From Trichodesmium erythraeum IMS101 (GTDB taxonomy: Bacteria; Cyanobacteriota; Cyanobacteriia; Cyanobacteriales; Microcoleaceae): a stretch of 32,000 nt of DNA. This document shows positions 9,832 through 20,077 of this stretch, piece by piece (position 1 is the first letter of the stretch; each line of letters begins with the position of its first letter). Below the pieces are notes generated by a model. The model was not told the DNA's origin and did no database searches. It saw nothing but the letters and a program-made list of their open reading frames with translations. Made by a program: the position numbers and the translations under genes. The stretch spans positions 6,510,001 to 6,542,000 of the forward strand of contig NC_008312.1 of the NCBI RefSeq assembly GCF_000014265.1, in the 5' to 3' direction.

Positions 9832-9946
9832 GACCTCAGCTAAACCTACAGTATTATTAAGTATTAAGTTTAGAGAGTTGAAGCTAAACTACAAACAAAG
9901 ACTTTTTTATAACTAATTATCTAAACATAAGATTTGCTTATAAAAA

Positions 9947-10402
9947 ATGGAAAATCTAATTCAAAAACCGACTCAAGAAAATAAATTTTGTACTTTTTAC
10001 CTGGACAAACTATTCTTGGGAATAGAGGTAGAAAAAGTGCAAGAAATTATTCGTTATCAAAAGATAACTCATGTTCCTTTATCCTCACCAGAAGTGGCTG
10101 GATTAATTAATCTTCGGAGTCAAATTGTGATTGCGATTGATTTGCGAAGGAGATTGAATTTAACTGATAATAAAATGGAAAAATTACCTCTTAATGTAGT
10201 AATATCTTCTGAAGATGAAACAGTTAGTTTATTAGTGGATGAAGTTGGGGATGTTATTGATGTATCTCAAGAGAGTTTTGAAAAGCCACCGGAAACATTG
10301 AGAGGAAAAGTACGGAGATTAATTCGAGGCGCTTATAAGCTAGAAAAACAACTTTTACTAATTCTTGATGTGGAAAAAGTAATTAATATAAATGTTATTT
10401 AG
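9947..10402 (+). CDS. cheW: Chemotaxis coupling protein CheW
   Basis: 151 aa, a single CheW domain: FCTFYLDKLFLGIEVEKVQEIIRYQKITHVPLSSPEVAGLINLRSQIV...LLLILDVEKV. Length is typical for CheW. Confidence 0.9.
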   Translation: MENLIQKPTQENKFCTFYLDKLFLGIEVEKVQEIIRYQKITHVPLSSPEVAGLINLRSQIVIAIDLRRRLNLTDNKMEKLPLNVVISSEDETVSLLVDEVGDVIDVSQESFEKPPETLRGKVRRLIRGAYKLEKQLLLILDVEKVININVI

Positions 10403-10406
10403 ACTC

Positions 10407-11523
10407 TATAGCAATCCCATATTGGTCGCAACAGATATAATAGTAAGAATAACAGATCTAAGAAAAAGACAAAAAATGAATATTATAGATAAACTAAATG
10501 ATTTTATTAATCAAACAAAAGAGTCTAAAGAAATTAAAAGGGCCTTGGCCGTAAAAATGACCTTGTCAGGAAAATCCTACCATGAAGTCAAAGAATTATT
10601 AAATGTTTCTCACAGTTTTATTAGTGAATGGAAAAACCAAGCATTATTTCATGGTGTAGAAAGTTTAAGGCTTCAGTATCAAGGGAGACAAGGTTACTTA
10701 AAAACGGTCGAAAAAGAGAAAACAATTGAGTGGTTGAGAGCACAAGATTATCTTAGGTTATCAGATTTAAAAAACTACTTACAGGAGCAATATGATGTGG
10801 TTTTTGAGTCTAATCAAAGTTACTATAACTTGTTTAAAGAAGCGGGCATAAGTTGGAAAAAAACTCAAAAAAAGAATCCTGCTAAAAATGATGAATTAGT
10901 AGAAGTTAAAAGAAAAGAAATACAGGAATTTTTAGCTAAATGGCAACCAGAAATAGAAACTGGAAAGCTTACAGTGTTTATGATTGATGAATGTCATCTT
11001 CTATGGGGAGACATATTAGGTTATGCTTGGGGAAAAACAGATGAAAGAATAGAAATTGCAATTAAAAATGAAAAAGAAAGACAGACTTATTATGGAGCTT
11101 TAGACTATAAAACCAAGGAATTTCTTGTGCAAGAATATGAGAGTGGAAATACTAAAAATACTATTGAATTTATTAAATATTTGCAGAAGCAAAGACCGGG
11201 CAACAAATTGGCAATATTTTGGGATGGGGCAACTTACCATAACTCTCAAGAATTTCGAGAATATTTAATGACAATTAATCAATACTTATCAGAAGAAGAA
11301 TTGTTGATAAATTGTACAAGATTTGCTCCCAATGCTCCGGAGCAAAATCCTGTTGAAGATATTTGGTTACAAACCAAAAATTTCAGTATTACTTTTTATC
11401 ATCTTTGCAGTTCTTTTAAAGTAGTTAAGTGGCTATTTAAGTTTTTTGCGGATGGTCAAATATTCAATTTCCCAAAACTTTTTCAGTATGAAATTTTGCC
11501 GCAACCTACTTAGGATTGCTATA
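10407..11523 (+). mobile_element. IS630-family insertion sequence with TA target-site duplication
   Basis: Terminal inverted repeats tagcaatcc (10409-10417) and ggattgcta (11513-11521). They extend imperfectly to about 24 bp (17 of 24 matches by hand alignment). The element is flanked by TA (10407-10408) and TA (11522-11523), the duplication expected for IS630/Tc1-mariner. It contains one intact DDE transposase gene. Confidence 0.85.
10476..11513 (+). CDS. IS630-family DDE transposase
   Basis: 345 aa from the ATG at 10476 (MNIIDKLNDF). N-terminal HTH region (SYHEVKELLNVSHSFISEWK). DDE_3-type catalytic residues in FMIDECHLLWGD, IFWDGATYHNS and APEQNPVEDIW. The stop codon lies inside the right inverted repeat. 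The ORF-track extension to 10392 reads through the left inverted repeat and the end of cheW, so it is not believed. Confidence 0.9.
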   Translation: MNIIDKLNDFINQTKESKEIKRALAVKMTLSGKSYHEVKELLNVSHSFISEWKNQALFHGVESLRLQYQGRQGYLKTVEKEKTIEWLRAQDYLRLSDLKNYLQEQYDVVFESNQSYYNLFKEAGISWKKTQKKNPAKNDELVEVKRKEIQEFLAKWQPEIETGKLTVFMIDECHLLWGDILGYAWGKTDERIEIAIKNEKERQTYYGALDYKTKEFLVQEYESGNTKNTIEFIKYLQKQRPGNKLAIFWDGATYHNSQEFREYLMTINQYLSEEELLINCTRFAPNAPEQNPVEDIWLQTKNFSITFYHLCSSFKVVKWLFKFFADGQIFNFPKLFQYEILPQPT

Positions 11524-13024
11524 TTTGCTTTCCTGATTTTTAAGTAGTTAGAATCAGGGCAATCAATGTTTGCTAGCAATCAATATGCTATTTATCATAC
11601 CAGATCCAGAAAAAGTGTTTATTATTACTAATTGTTAGGACGCGATATTATATAAAGTATTTAATTTTACCTGATTATTGTAATAGATAATTTTTTAACA
11701 ACGGTATTACTTTTAATATTTTACTAAAGAATAAGTGTTTATACCAAATCCATCAAGTGTGAGAGGGTATTTTTTCAACTTACAGCTTCTAACCCTAAAC
11801 GTGGAAACGGATTAGTTATAAATGTTCCATAGAACGTTTGTACAAAAAATATTAAAATTAACACAATTTGAGAGCGTTAATAATGCAAAAAGTTTATTAC
11901 CTTCGTATTAATTACTTTTACTTAAATTTATAAAGTTTGACAAAAAGTTAGTATTAATAAATGCTAATTAATATAAAAGCTTTTGTCAAGGGGTGAATAC
12001 TTAAAGTAGTTTGCCAAATATTGAGTTTAACAGGAGGCCTATATCAAGGGTTATACAGAAGAATTAGAAGTATGATTTAACTTAAAATAAGTATTTTTAT
12101 GAAGAGCTATAGCAATAATTTATCCTAATTGATTCGGAGATAAAAAATGTTATATAATAGTAAGTATATATTGAAACTCAAAGTACCTATTGAGGAGTTT
12201 CAATATTATGCTCCTGAATGGCGATCGCTGGATTTTTTAGCTTTTTTTAGGATATAAAAAAGCTTTAATTCACTTTGATATCCTACTTTCTGTTAAAACA
12301 AAGCAGAATGAATAGGATCAACTTTAATTAAGTTTTTTCTATAGTAAACCTGATTTGCTTTAATAAGAATATAATCTAGTTATTCAGCTATTTTATAAAG
12401 TTTAGTTTTTTTGTGGGGATATATCTATCTCACAGTCAACCTACTAGTTTTTTTACTTCCTAGTTTTGAAATTTGGAGGTTAAAGAGGGTTACCTTTTCT
12501 CTTCTCTTTTGGAGAACTAAAAAAGTTGATAGAAGCGAAGGGATTTGATTGTTCAGAAAATGAAACTTTTCTATAGCTTAAATGATTCAATAATTGCTAT
12601 AATAGAAGAGCTAAAGCTGTATCATAACCATTTTCTTTATTCATTATTTGGAGCTTGAGTAACAAATAGTTTTGATAGTTCAAACAATAATGGTTTCTCT
12701 CAGCATAATTTAATAACTCATAGTAGGGAGAATTATTATTATTCCCAATAATATGGACACGACCAAATGGATTTTTTCTCTCTAGTTTTTTGATCATGAA
12801 ATTTACTCAATACGATAATTGATGCTTATATTTAGTGCTAATAATTTTTTATATAAAACTTAAATAACAATCATAATATAATTATATTCAGTTGATTGAT
12901 AAATAAACAAAGTTACCTTTTAAGGGTGAGGCTTCAGGCTTATTTTTTCACAGAATACCCTATTTCAGTGTGTGATCTAGATCTTAATATCTTTAACCTT
13001 TTAGCCATTAAGTTAATAAGTAAT

Positions 13025-13039
13025 TCCTAGAACTTCTAG
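13025..13039. repeat. Perfect 15-bp palindrome CCTAGAA-C-TTCTAGG, 45 bp upstream of cheB
   Basis: Read directly from the sequence: 7-bp arms with a 1-nt spacer. The operator function is hypothetical, and palindromes of this size are expected a few times by chance in 32 kb. Confidence 0.3.
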
Positions 13040-13083
13040 GCTTAGAGTTTGCACCAGAAAATTCAAGTGATGATTAAGTTATT

Positions 13084-14142
13084 ATGCCTAAATTCCGTAT
13101 CCTGATTGTTGATGATTCGGTAATTGTTCGCCGAATTATCAATAATATCCTATCTGAGTCAGATTGGATAGAAGTAGTGGGTGTAGCCCCAAGTGGCCAA
13201 ATTGCTTTAGCAAAGATTCCTCAAGTTAACCCTGATCTGATCATACTTGATGTGGAAATGCCAGAAATAGATGGTTTAGAAACTTTAAAAAGAATTCGAC
13301 AAACCTACAAGCAACTTCCAGTGATTATGTTTAGTGCTATTACTCAACGTGGGGCAATAGCAACATTGGATGCCCTGACTTTAGGAGCTAATGACTATAT
13401 TACTAAACCTGCTAATATGGGCAGCAAAGAGAAAGCCATTGAATACATCAGAAAACAGTTGATTCCTAAAATTCAAGTTTTCTGTCACCGTAAAGTTAGT
13501 TTAACAAAACATTGCTTGGCCCCATCTATGACTTCTTTTCAGAGAAAGACTTCTACTCAGCTGTTGACCTTGAAATTAGAAATTGTCGCTATTGGAGTTT
13601 CTACAGGAGGACCTCAGGCTTTATATCAGCTTTTACATAAGTTTCCCGCCAGCTTTCGGGTTCCTATTGTTATTGTTCAACATATGCCTCCTGTTTTTAC
13701 TACTCGGTTAGCTGAAAGGTTGTCTTCTCAATGTAAGATTCCTGTGCATGAAGCAAAAGACAGAGATGTGATTAAATCTGGAGAAGCTTGGATTGCACCA
13801 GGGAATTATCATATTATTTTAGTGAGGGAAGGTAAACAAGTTCGTATTCAGACCATACAAACCCCTCCTGAAAACTCCTGTCGTCCAGCGGTGGATGTTT
13901 TATTTCGTTCAGTAGCTAAACTTTATCAAGGTGCTGTACTTGGGGTTGTATTAACAGGCATGGGCCAAGATGGACTCCATGGTTGTACTTCTATTCGTGA
14001 AATGGGAGGACAAGTTTTAGTCCAAGATCAAGCTAGTAGTGTGATCTGGGGAATGCCAGGAATGGTTGCTAATGCGGGACTTGCTGATCAGATTTTACCT
14101 TTAAATAAATTAGCTGAAGAGATTATCCGTAGGATTGGTTGA
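13084..14142 (+). CDS. cheB: Chemotaxis response regulator protein-glutamate methylesterase CheB
   Basis: 352 aa. REC (ILIVDDS, LIILDVEMPEIDG, ITKP) plus a methylesterase domain. The Ser-His-Asp triad contexts are IGVSTGGPQAL, VQHMPPVFT and LTGMGQDG. Confidence 0.95.
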   Translation: MPKFRILIVDDSVIVRRIINNILSESDWIEVVGVAPSGQIALAKIPQVNPDLIILDVEMPEIDGLETLKRIRQTYKQLPVIMFSAITQRGAIATLDALTLGANDYITKPANMGSKEKAIEYIRKQLIPKIQVFCHRKVSLTKHCLAPSMTSFQRKTSTQLLTLKLEIVAIGVSTGGPQALYQLLHKFPASFRVPIVIVQHMPPVFTTRLAERLSSQCKIPVHEAKDRDVIKSGEAWIAPGNYHIILVREGKQVRIQTIQTPPENSCRPAVDVLFRSVAKLYQGAVLGVVLTGMGQDGLHGCTSIREMGGQVLVQDQASSVIWGMPGMVANAGLADQILPLNKLAEEIIRRIG

Positions 14143-14283
14143 TTAGAGAGTTGGGAGTCGAGATTTGGGGATAAATTGATTGATATTTCATCAATTTACT
14201 TCTGGGGAAAAAATATTTTATATTTGATTAATTAAGTAGTTATTAATACTTAATTTTATTACTAAAAGAGATGCTCCCAATTT

Positions 14284-15108
14284 ATGTCTATTAATTCTAT
14301 TGATTTTAAATATATTCGTCAACTTCTTGACCAAAAAACATCGGTTATTTTACCGTATGATAAGGTTTATTTTGTTGAGTCTCGTTTGGCTCCTATAGCT
14401 AGTTCAGAAAACCTTAATTCTGTCAGTCAATTAATTACTAAGCTGCGGAACAATCCTTTGAATGATTTACATAAACGGGTAATTGAAGCTTTGATGACTA
14501 CTGAAACATCTTTTTTTCGGGATAATTATCCTTTTGAAGCTCTGCAAAAATTTATCTTGCCAGAATTAATAAGTAAACAAAAAATGAAAAGTTCTCTTAG
14601 TATTTGGTCTTCTGCTTGTTCTAGTGGTCAAGAGCCTTACAGTATAGCAATTTTATTACAGGAATATTTTCCCGTAATTAACAATTGGAATGTTTCAATT
14701 ATTGCTTCTGATATTTCTGAGCAAATGCTAGAATTGGCAAGGATTGGACGTTATAATCAGCATCAAGTTGAGAGAGGATTATCAGTTTATTTCCAGAATA
14801 AATATTTTCAGCGGCAGGGAAAGGAATGGCAAATTATTCCAGAAATTTGTCGTAAGGTAGTATTTAGGCAATTAAATTTATGTAAAAAATGGAATAATTT
14901 ACCAAAAATGGATTTAATTTTTTTACGAAATGTATTAATTTATTTTAATATTGAGACTAAGCGAAATATTCTTTTTAAAGTTCGACAGTTATTAAAGCGT
15001 GATGGTTATTTATTTCTGGGAGGGGGAGAAACAACGATTAATATTGATGATAATTTTGAATTAGTTAGGTTTAATAGAGCTATTTGTTATCGGTTGCGTA
15101 AGAAATAG
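14284..15108 (+). CDS. cheR: Chemotaxis protein methyltransferase CheR
   Basis: 274 aa. N-terminal CheR helical domain (TSFFRDNYPFEAL) and SAM-binding motif WSSACSSGQEPYSIAILL, followed by IASDIS and IFLRNVLIYF. Confidence 0.93.
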   Translation: MSINSIDFKYIRQLLDQKTSVILPYDKVYFVESRLAPIASSENLNSVSQLITKLRNNPLNDLHKRVIEALMTTETSFFRDNYPFEALQKFILPELISKQKMKSSLSIWSSACSSGQEPYSIAILLQEYFPVINNWNVSIIASDISEQMLELARIGRYNQHQVERGLSVYFQNKYFQRQGKEWQIIPEICRKVVFRQLNLCKKWNNLPKMDLIFLRNVLIYFNIETKRNILFKVRQLLKRDGYLFLGGGETTINIDDNFELVRFNRAICYRLRKK

Positions 15109-16290
15109 AATCTGCTTAATAAGTCTGTAATACCAAGAATGGAAAAATAATGTTATTAGTCATACTAAATCTGGATATGAAAGTATGCTTATTCCATAGC
15201 AAAATCTCTAATTTAGCAACAGCTATAACTTTAAATAATACTCTCTTAAAGTTTGCGGATTTGGTATAATAAGGTTGATAAAAATACTTGCTCAGGACTA
15301 AGGATAATGTAGAATTTGAGTCTTGTGGTCGAGATAGATTTGGAGAAGACATCAATTGAGAAATTAAGTAGTTAAAGCTATAGGATGCATGCAGTGTGTC
15401 GTTTAAGGATAATTCAAAAAATCTATTAGGCTTGTGGGATGGAACCTGTGGAACTTTTTTACAAGATTTGCTTATTATATAGGAAAAAGTCTTGATCAAG
15501 TTAAGGAATTATTATTAAAATATCTGACTGACCAATTGAAATATCCTTCAATTAAGATGAAGCAAATTTTAACTTGAATAAGTGATCATTATCCAACCTA
15601 TACCCAGGTTAAGTTTATAAATTTTGAAGATTTTTTAGGTAAGACAGGGTAAGAATGGCGGTTGACTTTGTCAATATAGATTTAGATAACAGAGTTACTC
15701 TCTTTCAGCTAATAACATTCATTAAGCAACAATAAGATATGTGACGATTGCAGTTAATAATGGATCAGCATAATTATTACTTTCTCACCCAGATAACATA
15801 TTCCCAGACTCTTCAATGACATACTTAACAAGGACTTGAGCACCGTGACGGTCATTTAGTTACCTAGATTACGTAGGTAGGACAAAAAAGCTTAACTATA
15901 TTAAATTTTGTAAAATAACTCCCAACTTATCTAGAAAGTTAACTTGAGAATAAATTTATATTTTATTACATGGACAAATTTTAACGCCTAACTACTTAGT
16001 TTTATAATAAAATAGTTAACTAACCTAAAAAAAGCCCCCAATCTTAATCTACGGAATATAAGATTCTGACTTCTGATTCTTAAAAAATACCCTAGCTATT
16101 TGTAGCAATTTGTAGCAAAAATTTATCTTAATCACACTTGGTATAACATTCTTTCTTCAAAATGTTATAAAAGCAATAATCGAATTTAGAGATATTCAAT
16201 GGAAACTCCCTAAATTAGATAGGGTTTAATTAATTTAACTTGATATTAGGGATTTTTTTCCATCTATTTTTAAGACTCAAATTACAGTTT

Positions 16291-19200
16291 CTAAAATTTA
16301 AACTGATTTACTAATTCATGTAAGTCTCCTGCCGTTTTGGATAACTCAGTTGCAGATTTTTGGGTTTTGGCTGCTCCATTACTGGTACTTTGGGCTGTTT
16401 TTGCCACGCTGGTAATATTAAGGGCAATTCCCGATGACCTTTCTGCTGCTTGGTTAACATTACGGGCAATTTCATTGGTAGTGGCGGTTTGCTCTTCTAC
16501 CGCCGAGGCGATCGTACCTTGGATGTCATTAATTTGACTAATAATAGTAGTAATTTGACCGATAGCTTCTACTGCTCCTCTAGTATCCCCTTGAATAGCT
16601 TCAATTTTTTGACTAATATCTTCAGTTGCACTAGCGGTTTGTTTTGCTAATTCTTTAACTTCATTGGCAACTACCGCAAAACCTTTCCCTGCTTCTCCCG
16701 CTCTTGCTGCTTCAATAGTGGCATTAAGAGCAAGAAGGTTGGTTTGTTGAGCAATAGAAGTAATAACTTTAATCACATTACCAATTTCTGCACTACTAAC
16801 TCCTAACTTACCAATAGTTTCATTAGTCGTTTCAGCAGTTTTTACAGCAGTTGTGGCAACTTGAGCAGCATTAGTAGCATTTTTAGCAATTTCTTGGATG
16901 CTAGTAGTCATTTCTTCTACACCAGTAGCAACTGACTGAACATTAGCGCTCACTTGTGCAGCGTTACTAGAAACTGACTCTGCTTGAGTCGAGGTTTCTT
17001 GAGATGCTTGACTCATAGTTTGACTTTCCGCCATCATCTCCTCAGATGACTTGGCCACAGCGATCGCTGCTTTCGCAATTTTTTTTACTTGTTCAGTTAG
17101 GTTAGCTGCCATACCATTCACATTATCAGTCAACTCTTTCCATGTTCCAGCCACTCCTTCCACCTTCGCTTGGCCTCCCAATGTTCCTTCGGTCCCTACT
17201 TCTTTAGCCACCCTACTGACTTCAGATGAAAACCCATTGAGTTGGTCTACCATTTTATTCAAAGTAGTCTTCAGTTCCAATATCTCCCCTTGAGCATCAA
17301 CAGTAATTTTCTGAGTTAAGTCCCCCTGAGCAACTGCTGTAGCCACCTCAGCAATATTTCTCACCTGTAAAGTGAGGTTAGCTGCCATACCATTCACATT
17401 ATCAGTCAACTCTTTCCATATTCCAGCCACTCCTTCCACCTTCGCTTGGCCTCCCAATGTTCCTTCGGTCCCTACTTCTTTAGCCACCCTAGTTACTTCA
17501 GATGAAAACCCATTGAGTTGGTCTACCATTTTATTCAAAGTAGTCTTCAGTTCCAATATCTCCCCTTGAACATCAACAGTAATTTTCTGAGTTAAGTCCC
17601 CCTGAGCAACTGCTGTAGCTACCTCAGCAATATTTCTCACCTGTAAAGTGAGGTTAGCTGCCATACCATTCACATTATCAGTCAACTCTTTCCATGTTCC
17701 AGCCACTCCTTCCACCTTCGCTTGGCCTCCCAATATTCCTTCGGTTCCTACTTCTTTAGCCACCCTACTGACTTCAGATGAAAACCCATTGAGTTGGTCT
17801 ACCATTTTATTCAAAGTAGTCTTCAGTTCCAATATCTCCCCTTGAACATCAACAGTAATTTTCTGAGTTAAGTCCCCCTGAGCAACTGCTGTAGCTACCT
17901 CAGCAATATTTCTCACCTGTAAAGTGAGGTTAGCTGCCATACCATTCACATTATCAGTCAACTCTTTCCATGTTCCAGCCACTCCTTCCACCTTCGCTTG
18001 GCCTCCCAATATTCCTTCGGTTCCTACTTCTTTAGCCACCCTACTGACTTCAGATGAAAACCCATTGAGTTGGTCTACCATTTTATTCAAAGTAGTCTTC
18101 AGTTCCAATATCTCCCCTTGAACATCAACAGTAATTTTCTGAGTTAAGTCCCCCTGAGCAACTGCTGTAGCTACCTCAGCAATATTTCTCACCTGTAAAG
18201 TGAGGTTAGCTGCCATACCATTCACATTATCAGTCAACTCTTTCCATATTCCAGCCACTCCTTCCACCTTCGCTTGGCCTCCCAATATTCCTTCGGTTCC
18301 TACTTCTTTGGCCACCCTACTGACTTCAGATGAAAACCCATTGAGTTGGTCTACCATTTTATTCAAAGTAGTCTTCAGTTCCAATATCTCCCCTTGAACA
18401 TCAACAGTAATTTTCTGAGTTAAGTCCCCCTGAGCAACTGCTGTAGCCACCTCAGCAATATTTCTCACCTGTAAAGTGAGGTTAGCTGCCATACCATTCA
18501 CATTATCAGTCAACTCTTTCCATATTCCAGCCACTCCTTCCACCTTCGCTTGGCCTCCCAATATTCCTTCGGTTCCTACTTCTTTGGCCACCCTACTGAC
18601 TTCAGATGAAAACCCATTGAGTTGGTCTACCATTTTATTCAAAGTAGTCTTCAGTTCCAATATCTCCCCTTGAACATCAACAGTAATTTTCTGAGTTAAG
18701 TCCCCCTGAGCAACTGCTGTAGCCACCTCAGCAATATTTCTCACCTGTAAAGTGAGGTTAGCTGCCATACCATTCACATTATCAGTCAACTCTTTCCATA
18801 TTCCAGCCACTCCTTCCACCTTCGCTTGGCCTCCCAATATTCCTTCGGTTCCTACTTCTTTGGCCACCCTACTGACTTCAGATGAAAACCCATTGAGTTG
18901 GTCTACCATTTGATTCAAAGTAGTCTTAAGTTCCAATATCTCCCCTTGAGCATCAACAGTAATTTTCTGAGTTAAGTCTCCCTGAGCAACTGCTGTAGCT
19001 ACCTCAGCAATATTTCTCACCTGTAAAGTGAGGTGATCTGCCATACCATTCACATTATCAGTCAACTCTTTCCAAACACCAGATAACCCTTCTACCTTGG
19101 CCTGGACTCCTAATTTACCTTCTGTACCCACTTCCTGAGCAACCCGCGTTACTTCTGAGGAAAAACTATTAAGTTTGTCCACTATTTGATTAACAATGCT

Positions 19201-19743
19201 CCCAATACGGTAGAATTCTTCATTTAAGGGTTTTCCTTCGAATTGAAAGTTAATTTTTTTTGACAAATCTCCATTCGCCACTGCTTCTAAAACCAGAGAA
19301 ACTTCCCTACTAGGTTTGGTCCAATTATTAATTAGTTCATTGAGGCTATCAATACTTGATTTCCATGAGCCTTTAACTTCTGTGAAACTTTTTCTAGTGG
19401 TTAATTCTCCTTCTTGCCAAACTTCACGACTAATGCGCCCAATTTCTTCTGCAAAGTTTTGATTAATTGCTATCATTTGATTAAAAACAATAGCTACTTC
19501 TCCTAAGCCATTATTTTCTGGAATACGCACAGTAAAGTCTCCATCTCTAGCAGCTTTCATAGCTACTAATAATGGATTAATATTAGGATTATTATTTATA
19601 TCAATATCAGTTTTTAGTTGAGACCTTGGAGTTGATAAAATTGTTTCAGATTCAGTTATAGTTTCTGGTTTTTTTTCTACATTTATTTCAGTATCTTCAA
19701 AGAATACCTGAAGACCAGAATTTCGTTTTTTAGGAATTGTCAT
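16291..19743 (-). CDS. Soluble methyl-accepting chemotaxis protein with a poly-HAMP array (about 9 di-HAMP units) and a C-terminal MCP signalling domain
   Basis: 1150 aa with an ATG start and no hydrophobic TM segment anywhere. Residues ~56-877 are consecutive HAMP pairs (A.GDL..KI....GE...L...N.M...L pattern). The signalling hairpin tip is highly conserved: [37 protein letters not shown]. Two canonical methylation-site consensus matches are present ([10 protein letters not shown] and [10 protein letters not shown]), consistent with the adjacent CheB and CheR. Confidence 0.95.
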   Translation of the reverse strand: MTIPKKRNSGLQVFFEDTEINVEKKPETITESETILSTPRSQLKTDIDINNNPNINPLLVAMKAARDGDFTVRIPENNGLGEVAIVFNQMIAINQNFAEEIGRISREVWQEGELTTRKSFTEVKGSWKSSIDSLNELINNWTKPSREVSLVLEAVANGDLSKKINFQFEGKPLNEEFYRIGSIVNQIVDKLNSFSSEVTRVAQEVGTEGKLGVQAKVEGLSGVWKELTDNVNGMADHLTLQVRNIAEVATAVAQGDLTQKITVDAQGEILELKTTLNQMVDQLNGFSSEVSRVAKEVGTEGILGGQAKVEGVAGIWKELTDNVNGMAANLTLQVRNIAEVATAVAQGDLTQKITVDVQGEILELKTTLNKMVDQLNGFSSEVSRVAKEVGTEGILGGQAKVEGVAGIWKELTDNVNGMAANLTLQVRNIAEVATAVAQGDLTQKITVDVQGEILELKTTLNKMVDQLNGFSSEVSRVAKEVGTEGILGGQAKVEGVAGIWKELTDNVNGMAANLTLQVRNIAEVATAVAQGDLTQKITVDVQGEILELKTTLNKMVDQLNGFSSEVSRVAKEVGTEGILGGQAKVEGVAGTWKELTDNVNGMAANLTLQVRNIAEVATAVAQGDLTQKITVDVQGEILELKTTLNKMVDQLNGFSSEVSRVAKEVGTEGILGGQAKVEGVAGTWKELTDNVNGMAANLTLQVRNIAEVATAVAQGDLTQKITVDVQGEILELKTTLNKMVDQLNGFSSEVTRVAKEVGTEGTLGGQAKVEGVAGIWKELTDNVNGMAANLTLQVRNIAEVATAVAQGDLTQKITVDAQGEILELKTTLNKMVDQLNGFSSEVSRVAKEVGTEGTLGGQAKVEGVAGTWKELTDNVNGMAANLTEQVKKIAKAAIAVAKSSEEMMAESQTMSQASQETSTQAESVSSNAAQVSANVQSVATGVEEMTTSIQEIAKNATNAAQVATTAVKTAETTNETIGKLGVSSAEIGNVIKVITSIAQQTNLLALNATIEAARAGEAGKGFAVVANEVKELAKQTASATEDISQKIEAIQGDTRGAVEAIGQITTIISQINDIQGTIASAVEEQTATTNEIARNVNQAAERSSGIALNITSVAKTAQSTSNGAAKTQKSATELSKTAGDLHELVNQFKF
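17113..19044 (-). repeat. Seven in-frame tandem copies of a 276-bp (92-aa, di-HAMP) unit, about 98-100% identical
   Basis: The Met codons of MA(A/D)(N/H)LTLQ recur at 19044, 18768, 18492, 18216, 17940, 17664 and 17388, an exact period of 276. The 17648/17924 units look identical by eye, as do 18200/18476. Other copies differ at a handful of sites, giving I/T, V/A, S/T and K/Q substitutions. A more divergent di-HAMP unit precedes the array (residues ~146-233). Confidence 0.95.
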
Positions 19744-20077
19744 TTTAGCTATTAGTTATTATTTATGAACAAATGCAGCTATTTGCAGTCAGCTTTAAAT
19801 TATAATTTTGTTGGTACTTATCCCTTTAAAAGAGGATAGCTAAGACCTTATTGATTTTGTCAGAATTTTCTACTTTGACTTTCAACTTATTTAAAATATG
19901 ATTCATCAAGTATAAGTCTGTTACTGCTAGAACAAAGGGGTGGAAAAAGGAATTATTTTTAATAATCTAATTATTAACCTATTTTTACTAAAAAAGTTTA
20001 GATCCCTAGAAACCCAGTAGCTTTTAAAATCTCTTAAAATTGCAGGCTTATTTATGATGAATTAATGGTAAGTTTAG

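Noticed and set aside
9947-10402. Idea that the IS630 insertion truncated cheW
   Set aside because: CheW is full length for the family (151 aa) and ends with the usual ...LLILDVEKV C-terminal strand. Its stop codon is 5 nt before the TA insertion site.
10392-10475. ORF-track start of the transposase ORF at 10392, overlapping the end of cheW
   Set aside because: This extension reads through the left inverted repeat and the TA target site, so it cannot be part of the element's gene. The ATG at 10476 (MNIIDKL...) lies inside the element.
12597-12797. 66-aa minus-strand ORF in the cheW-cheB spacer
   Set aside because: It is Asn/Tyr/Leu-rich and low in complexity, with no recognisable motif, and it is isolated in an A/T-rich spacer.
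15116-15499. 127-aa minus-strand ORF downstream of cheR
   Set aside because: It has a non-ATG start in the track and a Ser/Leu/Asn/Phe-rich composition typical of translated A/T-rich DNA. There is no domain signature, so I cannot support it as a gene.
16337-16650. Two overlapping plus-strand 66-aa ORFs
   Set aside because: They are antisense to the most conserved part of the MCP signalling domain and have no recognisable motifs.
17051-18673. Series of plus-strand ORFs of 65-80 aa ([16 protein letters not shown]...) recurring every 276 bp
   Set aside because: They are antisense shadows of the HAMP tandem repeat inside the well-supported minus-strand MCP gene. Their identity to each other reflects repeated DNA, not selection. 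They have GTG-type starts and a proline/serine-rich low-complexity sequence.
17113-19044. Possibility that the regular 276-bp repeats are a CRISPR-like or satellite array
   Set aside because: There are no unique spacers between units. The units are contiguous, in frame and encode canonical HAMP heptad patterns within a 1150-aa ORF.
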